Shown here: positions 18,772 through 26,802 of the stretch, piece by piece
Layout of the letters: every line of letters starts with the position of its first letter
How positions within the stretch are numbered: position 1 is the first letter of the stretch
Assembly (NCBI GenBank): GCA_937928405.1
Contig: CALFWZ010000143.1
Coordinates: forward strand, 3,208 to 67,207
Length of the DNA stretch: 64,000 bases
From: an uncultured Saprospiraceae bacterium
Lineage (GTDB): Bacteria > Bacteroidota > Bacteroidia > Chitinophagales > Saprospiraceae
Direction of reading: 5' to 3'
Made by a program: the position numbers and the translations under genes
Notes under the pieces: generated by a model
The model's database searches: none
What the model was told of the DNA's origin: nothing
What the model saw: only the letters and a program-made list of their open reading frames with translations

Positions 18772-19908
18772 TTATCTCGCCGCACCATAAATCGGTGAAA
18801 CAAATGGGCCATTCATAAACGCTTCCACATCTAGCTGGCTTTGAAAAACAGGTCCACTCCACTTATCCGTTAGCAACATTCTCGCAACTTCTGCCAAAGG
18901 AGCGGCCGTTGTTGTTTGAATGGCTCTCAGTTTTTTAGTACCCACAAAAGTCGGCTCAATTCGGTAGGAAGACTGAATTCCCCGAAGTACGCCTTGCTGG
19001 TCTCTTCCTTCGATAGCCGCATATACAATCACCACATCATCCTCTACAGACGGAATTCTATTTTGCATGACTTCCTGTAAATACTCGATGGCATTTTTTC
19101 CTACGGGTTCTTCACTTAAAATTTTTCGCACCCAATCATAGTGACCTGGATAACGCAAAGTTTTATAATCTAGATCTTTTATTTTTCCAGCAAAAGCATC
19201 CGGCAAATCTGCCGCTCCACCAGAAGTCAAATTATCTTCGTAGGTCGTCCCATCAATGATCAACGTATTTTTTTCAGACAATGGAGGGAGCATTACTTTT
19301 TCGTGATTTCTCACTGCGATACAATCTTTCAGATATTCGGTGGCTACACCAACTGGGCTCCACGTAAAACCATAAAAATGCGGAGCCTGTGCGTGTCTAG
19401 TTAGGGCCCCCACTTTCATTTCCAAGCGATCCGCTTTTTCTACACCAAACTGTTTGGTAAAACGCTGAAATAATTGATTCCCCAAAACATTAATAAATCC
19501 TGGTGCTAAACCGGCCTGCAGTACAAATCCTTTTTTGGATTGCTTAGCGATCTCAATCACCTCATTGGTTTCTTTGACGTACTCTGTAAGGTTGGCATAG
19601 TGGAGATCATGTTCTGCGGCAAACCGGGCCATTCTTGGAGCTTGGCTACCTGGCAAACAATCCAAGATGATTTGACATTTGTTGAGCACGGTATCCATCG
19701 CGTCATTGGTTCCTTCCCGAGGCATGGTAAATGGATGGGCCACTTTCGCATTGCAACCTTCGTTGATCCAATGAGCAGCTTCCGCCGCCGTTTCTGCATA
19801 AAGATCTCCAATGTGGATTTCTGCTTCGAAAGAAGCATTTTCTGCTAAGATCAGACCTACGGCCCGTCCGATACCGCCGGCACCGGCGATCATAATATAA
19901 TTTGACAT
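18772..19908 (-). CDS. Saccharopine dehydrogenase-family NAD(P)-binding oxidoreductase
   Basis: 378 aa with the N-terminal Rossmann motif IMIAGAGGIGRAVG and the block GLAPGFINVLG typical of the Sacchrp_dh family. Confidence 0.65.
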   Translation of the reverse strand: MSNYIMIAGAGGIGRAVGLILAENASFEAEIHIGDLYAETAAEAAHWINEGCNAKVAHPFTMPREGTNDAMDTVLNKCQIILDCLPGSQAPRMARFAAEHDLHYANLTEYVKETNEVIEIAKQSKKGFVLQAGLAPGFINVLGNQLFQRFTKQFGVEKADRLEMKVGALTRHAQAPHFYGFTWSPVGVATEYLKDCIAVRNHEKVMLPPLSEKNTLIIDGTTYEDNLTSGGAADLPDAFAGKIKDLDYKTLRYPGHYDWVRKILSEEPVGKNAIEYLQEVMQNRIPSVEDDVVIVYAAIEGRDQQGVLRGIQSSYRIEPTFVGTKKLRAIQTTTAAPLAEVARMLLTDKWSGPVFQSQLDVEAFMNGPFVSPIYGAAR

Positions 19909-20073
19909 ATAATTTGGTTTAATTCAGACCAGATAGCTGGTATTATTTTATACTAAATTGCTTGGTTTGGGTTGCTAATAAAGACAGCAAATTAAGATAA
20001 AATTTATTGTTATGACAACATTTCTTTAGTTTTAGTCTAGTAAAACTCTATTTTTAGATTAGTCTAAATTTCT

Positions 20074-20081
20074 TATCTTTG
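20074..20081 (+). promoter_or_regulatory. Candidate -7 promoter box (TATCTTTG)
   Basis: Exact TAnnTTTG match 17 nt upstream of the ATG at 20098. Confidence 0.4.
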
Positions 20082-20097
20082 TGATAAAATACGAAAG

Positions 20098-21126
20098 ATG
20101 AAAAATATATTATTATTGGCATTCCTGCTGTTAAGTTTTGGCAACCTATGCACTGCTCAAAACAAGCCCGTGGTAGCGAGTACTGCCTCTATGATTTGGG
20201 ATATGGCCAGAAATATTGGTGGTGACCATTTTGACCACCGAATGATTGTTCCCATTGGAGGTGATCCTCATATCTACGAGCCGACGCCTAGTGATGCGCG
20301 GCTAGTAGCCAACGCAGATTTGATATTAAAAAACGGACTAACTTTCGAAGGCTGGATCAATTCGTTGATTAAAAATTCGGGAACAAAAGCTCCTGTGATT
20401 ACCGTCACCGAAGGATTACCTGCGCTCACTAGTTTGACTTATAAAGATGCCGCCGACCCACACGCATGGATGGATGCGACCAAGGGAGAATTTTATTTAC
20501 GCAATATTCGAGATGCCTTGATTGAGTTATCGCCAGAACATAAAGCGGATATTATAAAAAATTACGAGACGTATAGTCGCGAGCTTTCTACCCTAGACGA
20601 ATTTATCGAAAACGAAATAAAAAAAATTCCAGCAGCTCAACGGGTATTAATTACCTCTCATGATGCCTTTCAATATTATGGCCGTCGCTATGGTCTTGAG
20701 TTGCAAGCCATTCAAGGCGTTTCGACCGATGCGGAAGTTCAGACGGCAGATATTCGCCGAGTGAATAAAGTAATTCGAGCGTCAGGTGTTCCGGCAGTTT
20801 TTGTCGAATCGACCATCAATCCTAAAATGCTAAATCGAATCGCCAAGGATAATGATATTGTCGTAGGTGGAAGTTTATTTTCCGATTCTATCGGGGACGA
20901 AAATAGTGCGGCTCCGACTTATTTAGAAATGCTTCGTTATAATACCAAAACAATTGTAGCGGCGCTGTCGCGAAAGAAAACGAGTGGTTCAGAAATGGAA
21001 GAAGGACATAATCACGCGGGAGGAAATTCCGATTCCGGTAGTTCTAATTATTTAATGATTGGATTATTAGCAGCGGTTTTTATTGGTGGGATGTTATTTA
21101 TGATTAAGAAAATGAATAACGCATGA
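20098..21126 (+). CDS. Metal (Zn/Mn) ABC transporter substrate-binding protein, cluster A-I (ZnuA/TroA-like), with His/Gly/Ser-rich linker and C-terminal TM helix
   Basis: Signal peptide plus metal-ligand blocks GGDPHIYEPTP and DPHAWMD. The tail EEGHNHAGGNSDSGSSNYLMIGLLAAVFIGGMLFMIKK is unusual. Confidence 0.75.
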   Translation: MKNILLLAFLLLSFGNLCTAQNKPVVASTASMIWDMARNIGGDHFDHRMIVPIGGDPHIYEPTPSDARLVANADLILKNGLTFEGWINSLIKNSGTKAPVITVTEGLPALTSLTYKDAADPHAWMDATKGEFYLRNIRDALIELSPEHKADIIKNYETYSRELSTLDEFIENEIKKIPAAQRVLITSHDAFQYYGRRYGLELQAIQGVSTDAEVQTADIRRVNKVIRASGVPAVFVESTINPKMLNRIAKDNDIVVGGSLFSDSIGDENSAAPTYLEMLRYNTKTIVAALSRKKTSGSEMEEGHNHAGGNSDSGSSNYLMIGLLAAVFIGGMLFMIKKMNNA

Positions 21127-21866
21127 GTCAAGTAACTATTTCGGTCAAAGGGCTTTCTGTTTCTTACGAACGTAAGCGGGTACTAACTAATATTTTTTTA
21201 GAACTCGAAGCCGGCAATGTGTATGGTGTTGTCGGTCCAAACGGTGCTGGAAAGTCTACCTTATTTAAAGCCATTTTAGGTTTGATTGACGTCAATAATG
21301 GCACGATGGTCATCAATGGAAAAACCATTCAGGAAGTTCGTAAAAATGTCGTTTATGTACCTCAAAAATCGGATGTAGATTGGCAATTTCCAGCTACGGT
21401 TTATGATATCATTTTGATGGGGCGCTATCCACATAAGAAGATGTTTCAGCGCATGAATAAAACGGATCATGATTTTGCGCATCAGGCGTTGGAGGAAGTA
21501 GGAATGACCCCATTCAAAAACCGACAGATCGGCGAACTATCCGGAGGGCAGCAACAACGTGTTTTTCTAGGAAGGGCGTTGTGCCAGCAAGCAGATATTT
21601 TTTTATTTGACGAGCCTTTCGTTGGTGTTGATATTACAACAGAAGAAAGAATTATTAAAATTTTAAAAAATCTGGCAGCTCAACAAAAGACTTTATTAGT
21701 GGTGCACCACGATCTATCTTCGGTAAAAAATTATTTTGATAAAGTTATTTTATTGAATCAGCGATTAATTGCGGTGGGAGATACCGATACTACTTTTACG
21801 GAAGAAAATATTTCAAAGGCCTACGGAGCGCAGTTGCCTATTTTGCATAAGACGGGGGGGCTTTAG
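21123..21866 (+). CDS. Metal ABC transporter ATP-binding protein (ZnuC/TroB-like)
   Basis: Walker A GPNGAGKST, signature LSGGQQQRV and Walker B IFLFDEP. It overlaps the SBP gene by 4 nt (ATGA). Confidence 0.9.
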   Translation: MSQVTISVKGLSVSYERKRVLTNIFLELEAGNVYGVVGPNGAGKSTLFKAILGLIDVNNGTMVINGKTIQEVRKNVVYVPQKSDVDWQFPATVYDIILMGRYPHKKMFQRMNKTDHDFAHQALEEVGMTPFKNRQIGELSGGQQQRVFLGRALCQQADIFLFDEPFVGVDITTEERIIKILKNLAAQQKTLLVVHHDLSSVKNYFDKVILLNQRLIAVGDTDTTFTEENISKAYGAQLPILHKTGGL

Positions 21867-21887
21867 ATTTGTTGAATCGTTGATTTT
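21867..21887 (+). repeat. TTGAA-type G/T-rich repeat directly after a stop codon
   Basis: atttgttgaatcgttgatttt starts at the base after the TAG at 21864-21866. Confidence 0.7.
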
Positions 21888-22032
21888 ACTCTAAAAAATG
21901 TATTTCGCGCAGAGGTCGCAAAGACGCAGAGACCTTCTAACGTGTATATCTTTTATCGCAGAGTAAATACATATATTAATTTTATTTCATAAAATTTGAA
22001 AAGTCTGTTTTCTTAGTTTTTAGCGTAAGCTC

Positions 22033-22075
22033 ATCGTTGAAGTGTTGAATCGTTGATTTGCGGATTTTTGAATTG
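22033..22075 (+). repeat. TTGAA-type G/T-rich repeat array
   Basis: atcgttgaagtgttgaatcgttgatttgcggatttttgaattg. It also contains the tgcggatt unit seen (as its reverse complement) at 186-290. Confidence 0.7.
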
Positions 22076-22146
22076 TAAATATGTTACAAACGCTTTTCAA
22101 AAGTATATATATTCAATTTATAAGAGAGACAATTTGTTGATTTTTT

Positions 22147-22986
22147 TTACTGGGAAAATCTTTTTAAATCTCGCTTTTCTTGTTTGGTCAAACTCTCCAT
22201 GCCTTCTTTTCTGATTTTTTCTAAAATTCGGTTGAGTTCTTCTTCGGGATCGACTACTTTTTCTAATTGACTTTCTTCAATTTTTGATTTGAGTACTTTG
22301 TATTTTTTCCCAATAAAGTTATCCACCATCATCATTTCTGGATAACGGTATAACAGAAAAAAGAATATTATACATGGCAATAAAAAAGCCGCTAACACCC
22401 AAGGATGCGCTTGCAAAACGGATGGATAGAGCGCAATGGTCATGATCATTCCTACGATCGCACCTCCGAGATGCGCATCGTGACCAATATTACCCCAACT
22501 ATTTTTTATTCCGAAAATAGAAACAAGGATAAAGACGATCCCAAAGGCCCAAGCCGGAAATTCAATAGGAATCATAATCAACGAAAGGGTACTATCCGGC
22601 ATTAATACAATACTGGCGAATACTACGCCACTGATGGCGCCCGACGCACCAAGCGCCCGATAATCTCCATGATTACGATGAAAAAAAAGAGACAGCAGAC
22701 TTCCGCCCACCAAACTCACAAAAAACAAAATAAGATATTTGACCTTTCCAAAAATGAGTTCAATGGAAGTGCTAAATGATAAAAGTGCAACTAAGTTGAA
22801 AATTAAATGAAACCAACCACCATGTAAAAATCCAGAACTAAAAATCCGGTAATACTGCTTTTCTTTTAGAATTTTATCAACATCGAAAATATATTGATTC
22901 GTGTATTCGGAATCCCGAAAACCTTTGTAAGAACTAAGAAAAATGAAAACCGCAAGAAGAGTTCCCAGCGCACTAGTGTTGTCCAT
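22147..22986 (-). CDS. Rhomboid-family intramembrane serine protease
   Basis: Catalytic GASGAISG and downstream HLGG motifs and about 6 TM helices. A charged C-terminal tail follows. Confidence 0.85.
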   Translation of the reverse strand: MDNTSALGTLLAVFIFLSSYKGFRDSEYTNQYIFDVDKILKEKQYYRIFSSGFLHGGWFHLIFNLVALLSFSTSIELIFGKVKYLILFFVSLVGGSLLSLFFHRNHGDYRALGASGAISGVVFASIVLMPDSTLSLIMIPIEFPAWAFGIVFILVSIFGIKNSWGNIGHDAHLGGAIVGMIMTIALYPSVLQAHPWVLAAFLLPCIIFFFLLYRYPEMMMVDNFIGKKYKVLKSKIEESQLEKVVDPEEELNRILEKIRKEGMESLTKQEKRDLKRFSQ

Positions 22987-23103
22987 ATCGTAGGATTTGA
23001 TTCAAATATAATCCTTTTTTATTATGGACGATAAAAATACTGCTTCTCATCGCTTCCTGTTTGCTTATTTTATCTGCCTATTAAAACTAGCAATAGGTCT
23101 ATG

Positions 23104-23415
23104 CTACTGATTTATTTTTTGCTTTTGCTTTTTATCTAGTTTAAGTTTTTTTCCAAAAAGATAATTATCTGTCTTAAAAAGAGTAGATGTGACCATTGCT
23201 CCTCTATTCGAATCAAATGGAGAGACCGCGACATAAACTTCATCTCCTACATTTAAACCTGGACAAACCATCTTCCCCTTTCCATATAACTGCATATTAA
23301 TTATTTCACTATCGAAGATATCTTCTACTAAATATTGAAAGCGGTTGATAGCTGCGATGATTATTCCTTTTCGCAACTTTAGTGAACGCTTCTTTTTATC
23401 TTTTTTTTCCAACAC
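23104..23415 (-). CDS. Small basic protein with IF-1-like S1/OB-fold core
   Basis: The core GKGKMVCPGLNVGDEVYVAVSPFDSNRGAMV parallels IF-1 [31 protein letters not shown]. Lys-rich N- and C-terminal tails flank it. Confidence 0.4.
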   Translation of the reverse strand: MLEKKDKKKRSLKLRKGIIIAAINRFQYLVEDIFDSEIINMQLYGKGKMVCPGLNVGDEVYVAVSPFDSNRGAMVTSTLFKTDNYLFGKKLKLDKKQKQKINQ

Positions 23416-23449
23416 TATCTTCTCTTTGATTGATTAGATTGGTCATAGT

Positions 23450-23475
23450 CTCGGCAGCCTGTACAGGCTGCCGAG
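23450..23475 (-). terminator. GC-rich perfect palindrome downstream of the CotH gene (possible terminator without U-tract)
   Basis: CTCGGCAGCCTG-TA-CAGGCTGCCGAG, 13 nt after the stop of the 918-aa gene. No T-run follows on either strand. Confidence 0.35.
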
Positions 23476-23487
23476 AACCATTTTAAC

Positions 23488-26244
23488 CTATTTATTAATA
23501 CTCACTTTAAAACTTCGTTGTTCGTTATCCACTCGAACGGTTAGAAAATAAAGTCCCGTCAAAATTCGCTGATCCGTTAAAGGAAGTTTTAGTTGATAAG
23601 CACCTGCCGTTTTACGACCTCCAGCCTCAGGAAAATGCATGATATTTTGGCCAATCGCATTTTCTAAACTAACCGTTACCTGCTGTGTTTTTTCCAAATC
23701 AAATTCTAATTCTAAATAATTTTTAGCAGGATTGGGGAATACTCGCATTGATAACTCATCGGCTAAATCTCGACTGGCGACCGTACCAATAAGGCGAAAT
23801 ACCGCCGTCAACGTATCTGCCTGAGTTAGACTGATATTCGCTCGTCGATCATTTACACTTGGTAAAATTGCGTTGCCAGCATTGCTAATCCAATGACTAA
23901 ATTCGTAGTCATCCTCGAAGTCATTAAATACTTTGGCCTTGATGCGATTATTGGTTCCTCCAAAATAATCGCCCACCCAAGGAAATTCCTCTATGTCTAA
24001 GGTGTTTAAATCAATCTCTCCGATGCCGTTCGGTTCCGTCAAAAGTGTTAAGGGATAAGGACCAGAAAGTTCATCGTAACATTCCAACGCACCATCATCC
24101 AGTAAAGTGCAACGTTGATTAATAAAATCTTTTAAATCTTCTACATTCGACTCCCACTCCATCATCGAACCTCCCCAGCGAGCAATCTGTCGAGGCATCT
24201 CCGGACGAATCACCGCCAGCATTGTATCCAGGGTATTGATCATATTCTCACATGAAAAAACGGTATTCATCATGTCCGTATAACGAGCGTAGTACAACTC
24301 TTTAAATTCAGGACTTTCCTCCAATAATTTTAAAAATATTTTTTCATGCTTTCCTACGTCAGTATTTTCGCCTAGACTGGGTCCACCGCTATTAGCAATC
24401 GTGTTGTAAAGATCTTGACATTGGCCATCCCAATCTGTGTTACAACAAAAGTCGTCTTCATTAATAGTTGCTATAAAGATGGAATCTGTCGCTGGATAAG
24501 GAGATGATCCATTTTGAATCGTCGCACAGTCCCCAGGATTAGCGATTCCATTGCCACTTCCTCCAAAAAATTCGTCGATAAAGTCTGCTATTTCTTCCAA
24601 ATCACATGGATCTGCATCAGGAGAAATATTCGGGACACCACTATAATTAATATAATAATCAAAAGTAGCATCTAGATCCCAGAGAATATATCCCCATTTT
24701 TTGTGATCACCTTCGGGATTTAATCCACGCCACCAACCGGTATTGTAGTTGAGCCAATCGGAAGCAACCACGTTTAGATTGACAATCATGTAATCAATCA
24801 TACTGAGCATATTAATACTATCTTCCGCCAACTGGTAATTAGCAGGATCACTCATATCATTTTCTAGAATAAAATCTCGAATGCCGGCCCATTCATTGAT
24901 CGCTCTTGCTCCACCATACTCAATTTCGGTATTTTGCCAAGTTGAAAGATATTGAATTTCATATTTTCCTTGATCATAATATTCGTCTGTATAGTCATGA
25001 TCCACGGGGCGTTCTCTCATTCCGTATACACCCCAATATTCGCCATTTAAAAACAGGATGACTCGTTCCACGGCACGAAGATCCAGCTTCATTTCACCAT
25101 TCTGAGCAAGGGTCTGTACATACTCGTCCCGAATGTGGGTACTACCTTCGTGGTCTCCATCGTTGATGGCGGGATAGTTGTCATCTCCAGAATTTCTGAA
25201 CATAAATTTCTGGTATTCATCACGATCTGAATAACTAAACAAAGGTGCCAGTACCGCTTTAGAATAGCCCATTTCATCTCTCGAAATCCAATCCAGACTT
25301 CGGTGATCTAGTTGCCAAGAATCTTGTCCATGCCGATTCAAGCTACCAAAGGAGGTGGCTTCACGTTCTTTATTTTTATTAAAATATTCGAGAGACCCAA
25401 TAGGAATAATTTCTCCTTCGCCATTGGCCAAATCAATGACTGAATCTGCTGCTACAGAAAATACGGCTAAAGAAAATTCCTCATTAATAAAGTAAGTATT
25501 GAAATCCATTTTACCGGGTAAAATATTGGGATCATTAGAAAATGCTCTTCCCTTTACTACTTGCGTTTGGTCGATATCAATCGGACCACTGTAGATGGGC
25601 GAATCTGGCGTAGGATTGGTACCATCCGTGGTATAACGTAGGATAGAATTGGGCTCATTATTAATAATTTCTACTACTTGCGCTGCTTCGTAAAAACCAG
25701 CTTCTACCGTAATCGTAGGTGTTTGGGTGTACCCAAGATACGGGTTCGTAAAATTATTAGATGTCCCGAAACTAGGATTCGTACAAACACCCCAGAAGTC
25801 TTCACCGTCAGTGATACGGCAGCGAGAATGCTCTACCAGCGTAAGCGCTAACTCAAAAGATTCCAATACCGTTCCGCTAGCATCAGAGAGTAATACGTAC
25901 TCTCCTTCTTTTGTTTGAGCTAGCTTAAAGTTTGTGTGATATTCTCCATTGACAACCCGATCACGACCAGAACAAAGAAAGGTTAAAAATCCATTGGCGG
26001 GAATAATTGTACCAGCTGGGATTTCCCATTTTTCAGGTTTGGATATTTTATCAGATAAATGCCAACCACTAATATCTACTTCTGTATCACCAGCATTGTA
26101 TAATTCAATCCAATCTTCCGTTCTACCAAAACTATCCATAAAGGAATTTAAATTAGAGGCAGAGTATTCGTTGATATGTACTTGTGTAAAAGCAGTAGAA
26201 ACTAAAAATAGCAATAGAAAAAGCGTAGTATAAATTCTTTTCAT
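23488..26244 (-). CDS. Secreted CotH-family (kinase-like) protein with N-terminal lamin-tail domain (LTD) and T9SS C-terminal sorting domain
   Basis: The N-terminus has LTD motifs INEYSASN...EDWIELYNAGDTEVDISGWHLSD. The central region is CotH-like (FMFRNSGDDNYP...IRDEY). The C-terminus VFPNPAKNYLELEF...YFLTVRV...FKVSINK is a type A CTD. Confidence 0.7.
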   Translation of the reverse strand: MKRIYTTLFLLLFLVSTAFTQVHINEYSASNLNSFMDSFGRTEDWIELYNAGDTEVDISGWHLSDKISKPEKWEIPAGTIIPANGFLTFLCSGRDRVVNGEYHTNFKLAQTKEGEYVLLSDASGTVLESFELALTLVEHSRCRITDGEDFWGVCTNPSFGTSNNFTNPYLGYTQTPTITVEAGFYEAAQVVEIINNEPNSILRYTTDGTNPTPDSPIYSGPIDIDQTQVVKGRAFSNDPNILPGKMDFNTYFINEEFSLAVFSVAADSVIDLANGEGEIIPIGSLEYFNKNKEREATSFGSLNRHGQDSWQLDHRSLDWISRDEMGYSKAVLAPLFSYSDRDEYQKFMFRNSGDDNYPAINDGDHEGSTHIRDEYVQTLAQNGEMKLDLRAVERVILFLNGEYWGVYGMRERPVDHDYTDEYYDQGKYEIQYLSTWQNTEIEYGGARAINEWAGIRDFILENDMSDPANYQLAEDSINMLSMIDYMIVNLNVVASDWLNYNTGWWRGLNPEGDHKKWGYILWDLDATFDYYINYSGVPNISPDADPCDLEEIADFIDEFFGGSGNGIANPGDCATIQNGSSPYPATDSIFIATINEDDFCCNTDWDGQCQDLYNTIANSGGPSLGENTDVGKHEKIFLKLLEESPEFKELYYARYTDMMNTVFSCENMINTLDTMLAVIRPEMPRQIARWGGSMMEWESNVEDLKDFINQRCTLLDDGALECYDELSGPYPLTLLTEPNGIGEIDLNTLDIEEFPWVGDYFGGTNNRIKAKVFNDFEDDYEFSHWISNAGNAILPSVNDRRANISLTQADTLTAVFRLIGTVASRDLADELSMRVFPNPAKNYLELEFDLEKTQQVTVSLENAIGQNIMHFPEAGGRKTAGAYQLKLPLTDQRILTGLYFLTVRVDNEQRSFKVSINK

Positions 26245-26753
26245 TATTAACGTTGAAGAAATTAAAAAAAATAGGTCCTTGTAAGAATATATCTTGCAGA
26301 AGAAATAAATTATTAGTTACAGTTAGATTTGAAACTAACTCTAAAACTTGGATAAATGATGAGCATTTCGACAAATCATTTTTGAACAACTTTATTATTT
26401 CTTAACATCATAAAACTATATGCACACGCTCTTCTTTTCGCTGCACTTACTCAAAAAAAAAATACAAAAAAGAGATAGAAGCGCTTAAATAAAATTCCAA
26501 ACTAAACCTAAATCACTAACTATCAGTCTATTAAATCGATTTAGTCGCTTAGACTGCTTATGGTAAATAAGCACATTAAAGGCCTAAACAAAAGGATATA
26601 TCTGGTTGGGTTTTGAGTTAATAAAAATTAGTGCATTAAATAAAGTTTGCCTTATAAAAACAATAATAAGGGATACAACTATCTTAATTTGGTCAAAACA
26701 ATTATTCGCCAAATGGCAGACTAAATAAAGCATCTAATTGTAAAATAAATGGC

Positions 26754-26782
26754 AAAAAAAAAGCCCTGACTTTCATCAGAGC
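26754..26782 (-). terminator. Rho-independent terminator of the 600-aa gene
   Basis: On the minus strand, GCTCTGA-tgaaag-TCAGGGC is followed by 9 T, 21 nt after the stop. Confidence 0.75.
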
Positions 26783-26802
26783 TTTTAAGAAATTAATTTT
26801 TT

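Noticed and set aside
18674-18862. 62-aa minus-strand ORF
   Set aside because: It overlaps the REP-like hairpin (18716-18755) and the 3' end of the saccharopine dehydrogenase-family gene, so it is an artefact of the intergenic repeat.
21901-21965. Three CGCAGAG words (cgcgcagaggtcgcaaagacgcagagacc ... tatcgcagagtaaat) downstream of the ABC ATPase
   Set aside because: They are too short and too few to distinguish from chance, and no hairpin or second locus occurs in this window. I note them only in case a genome-wide search shows a family.
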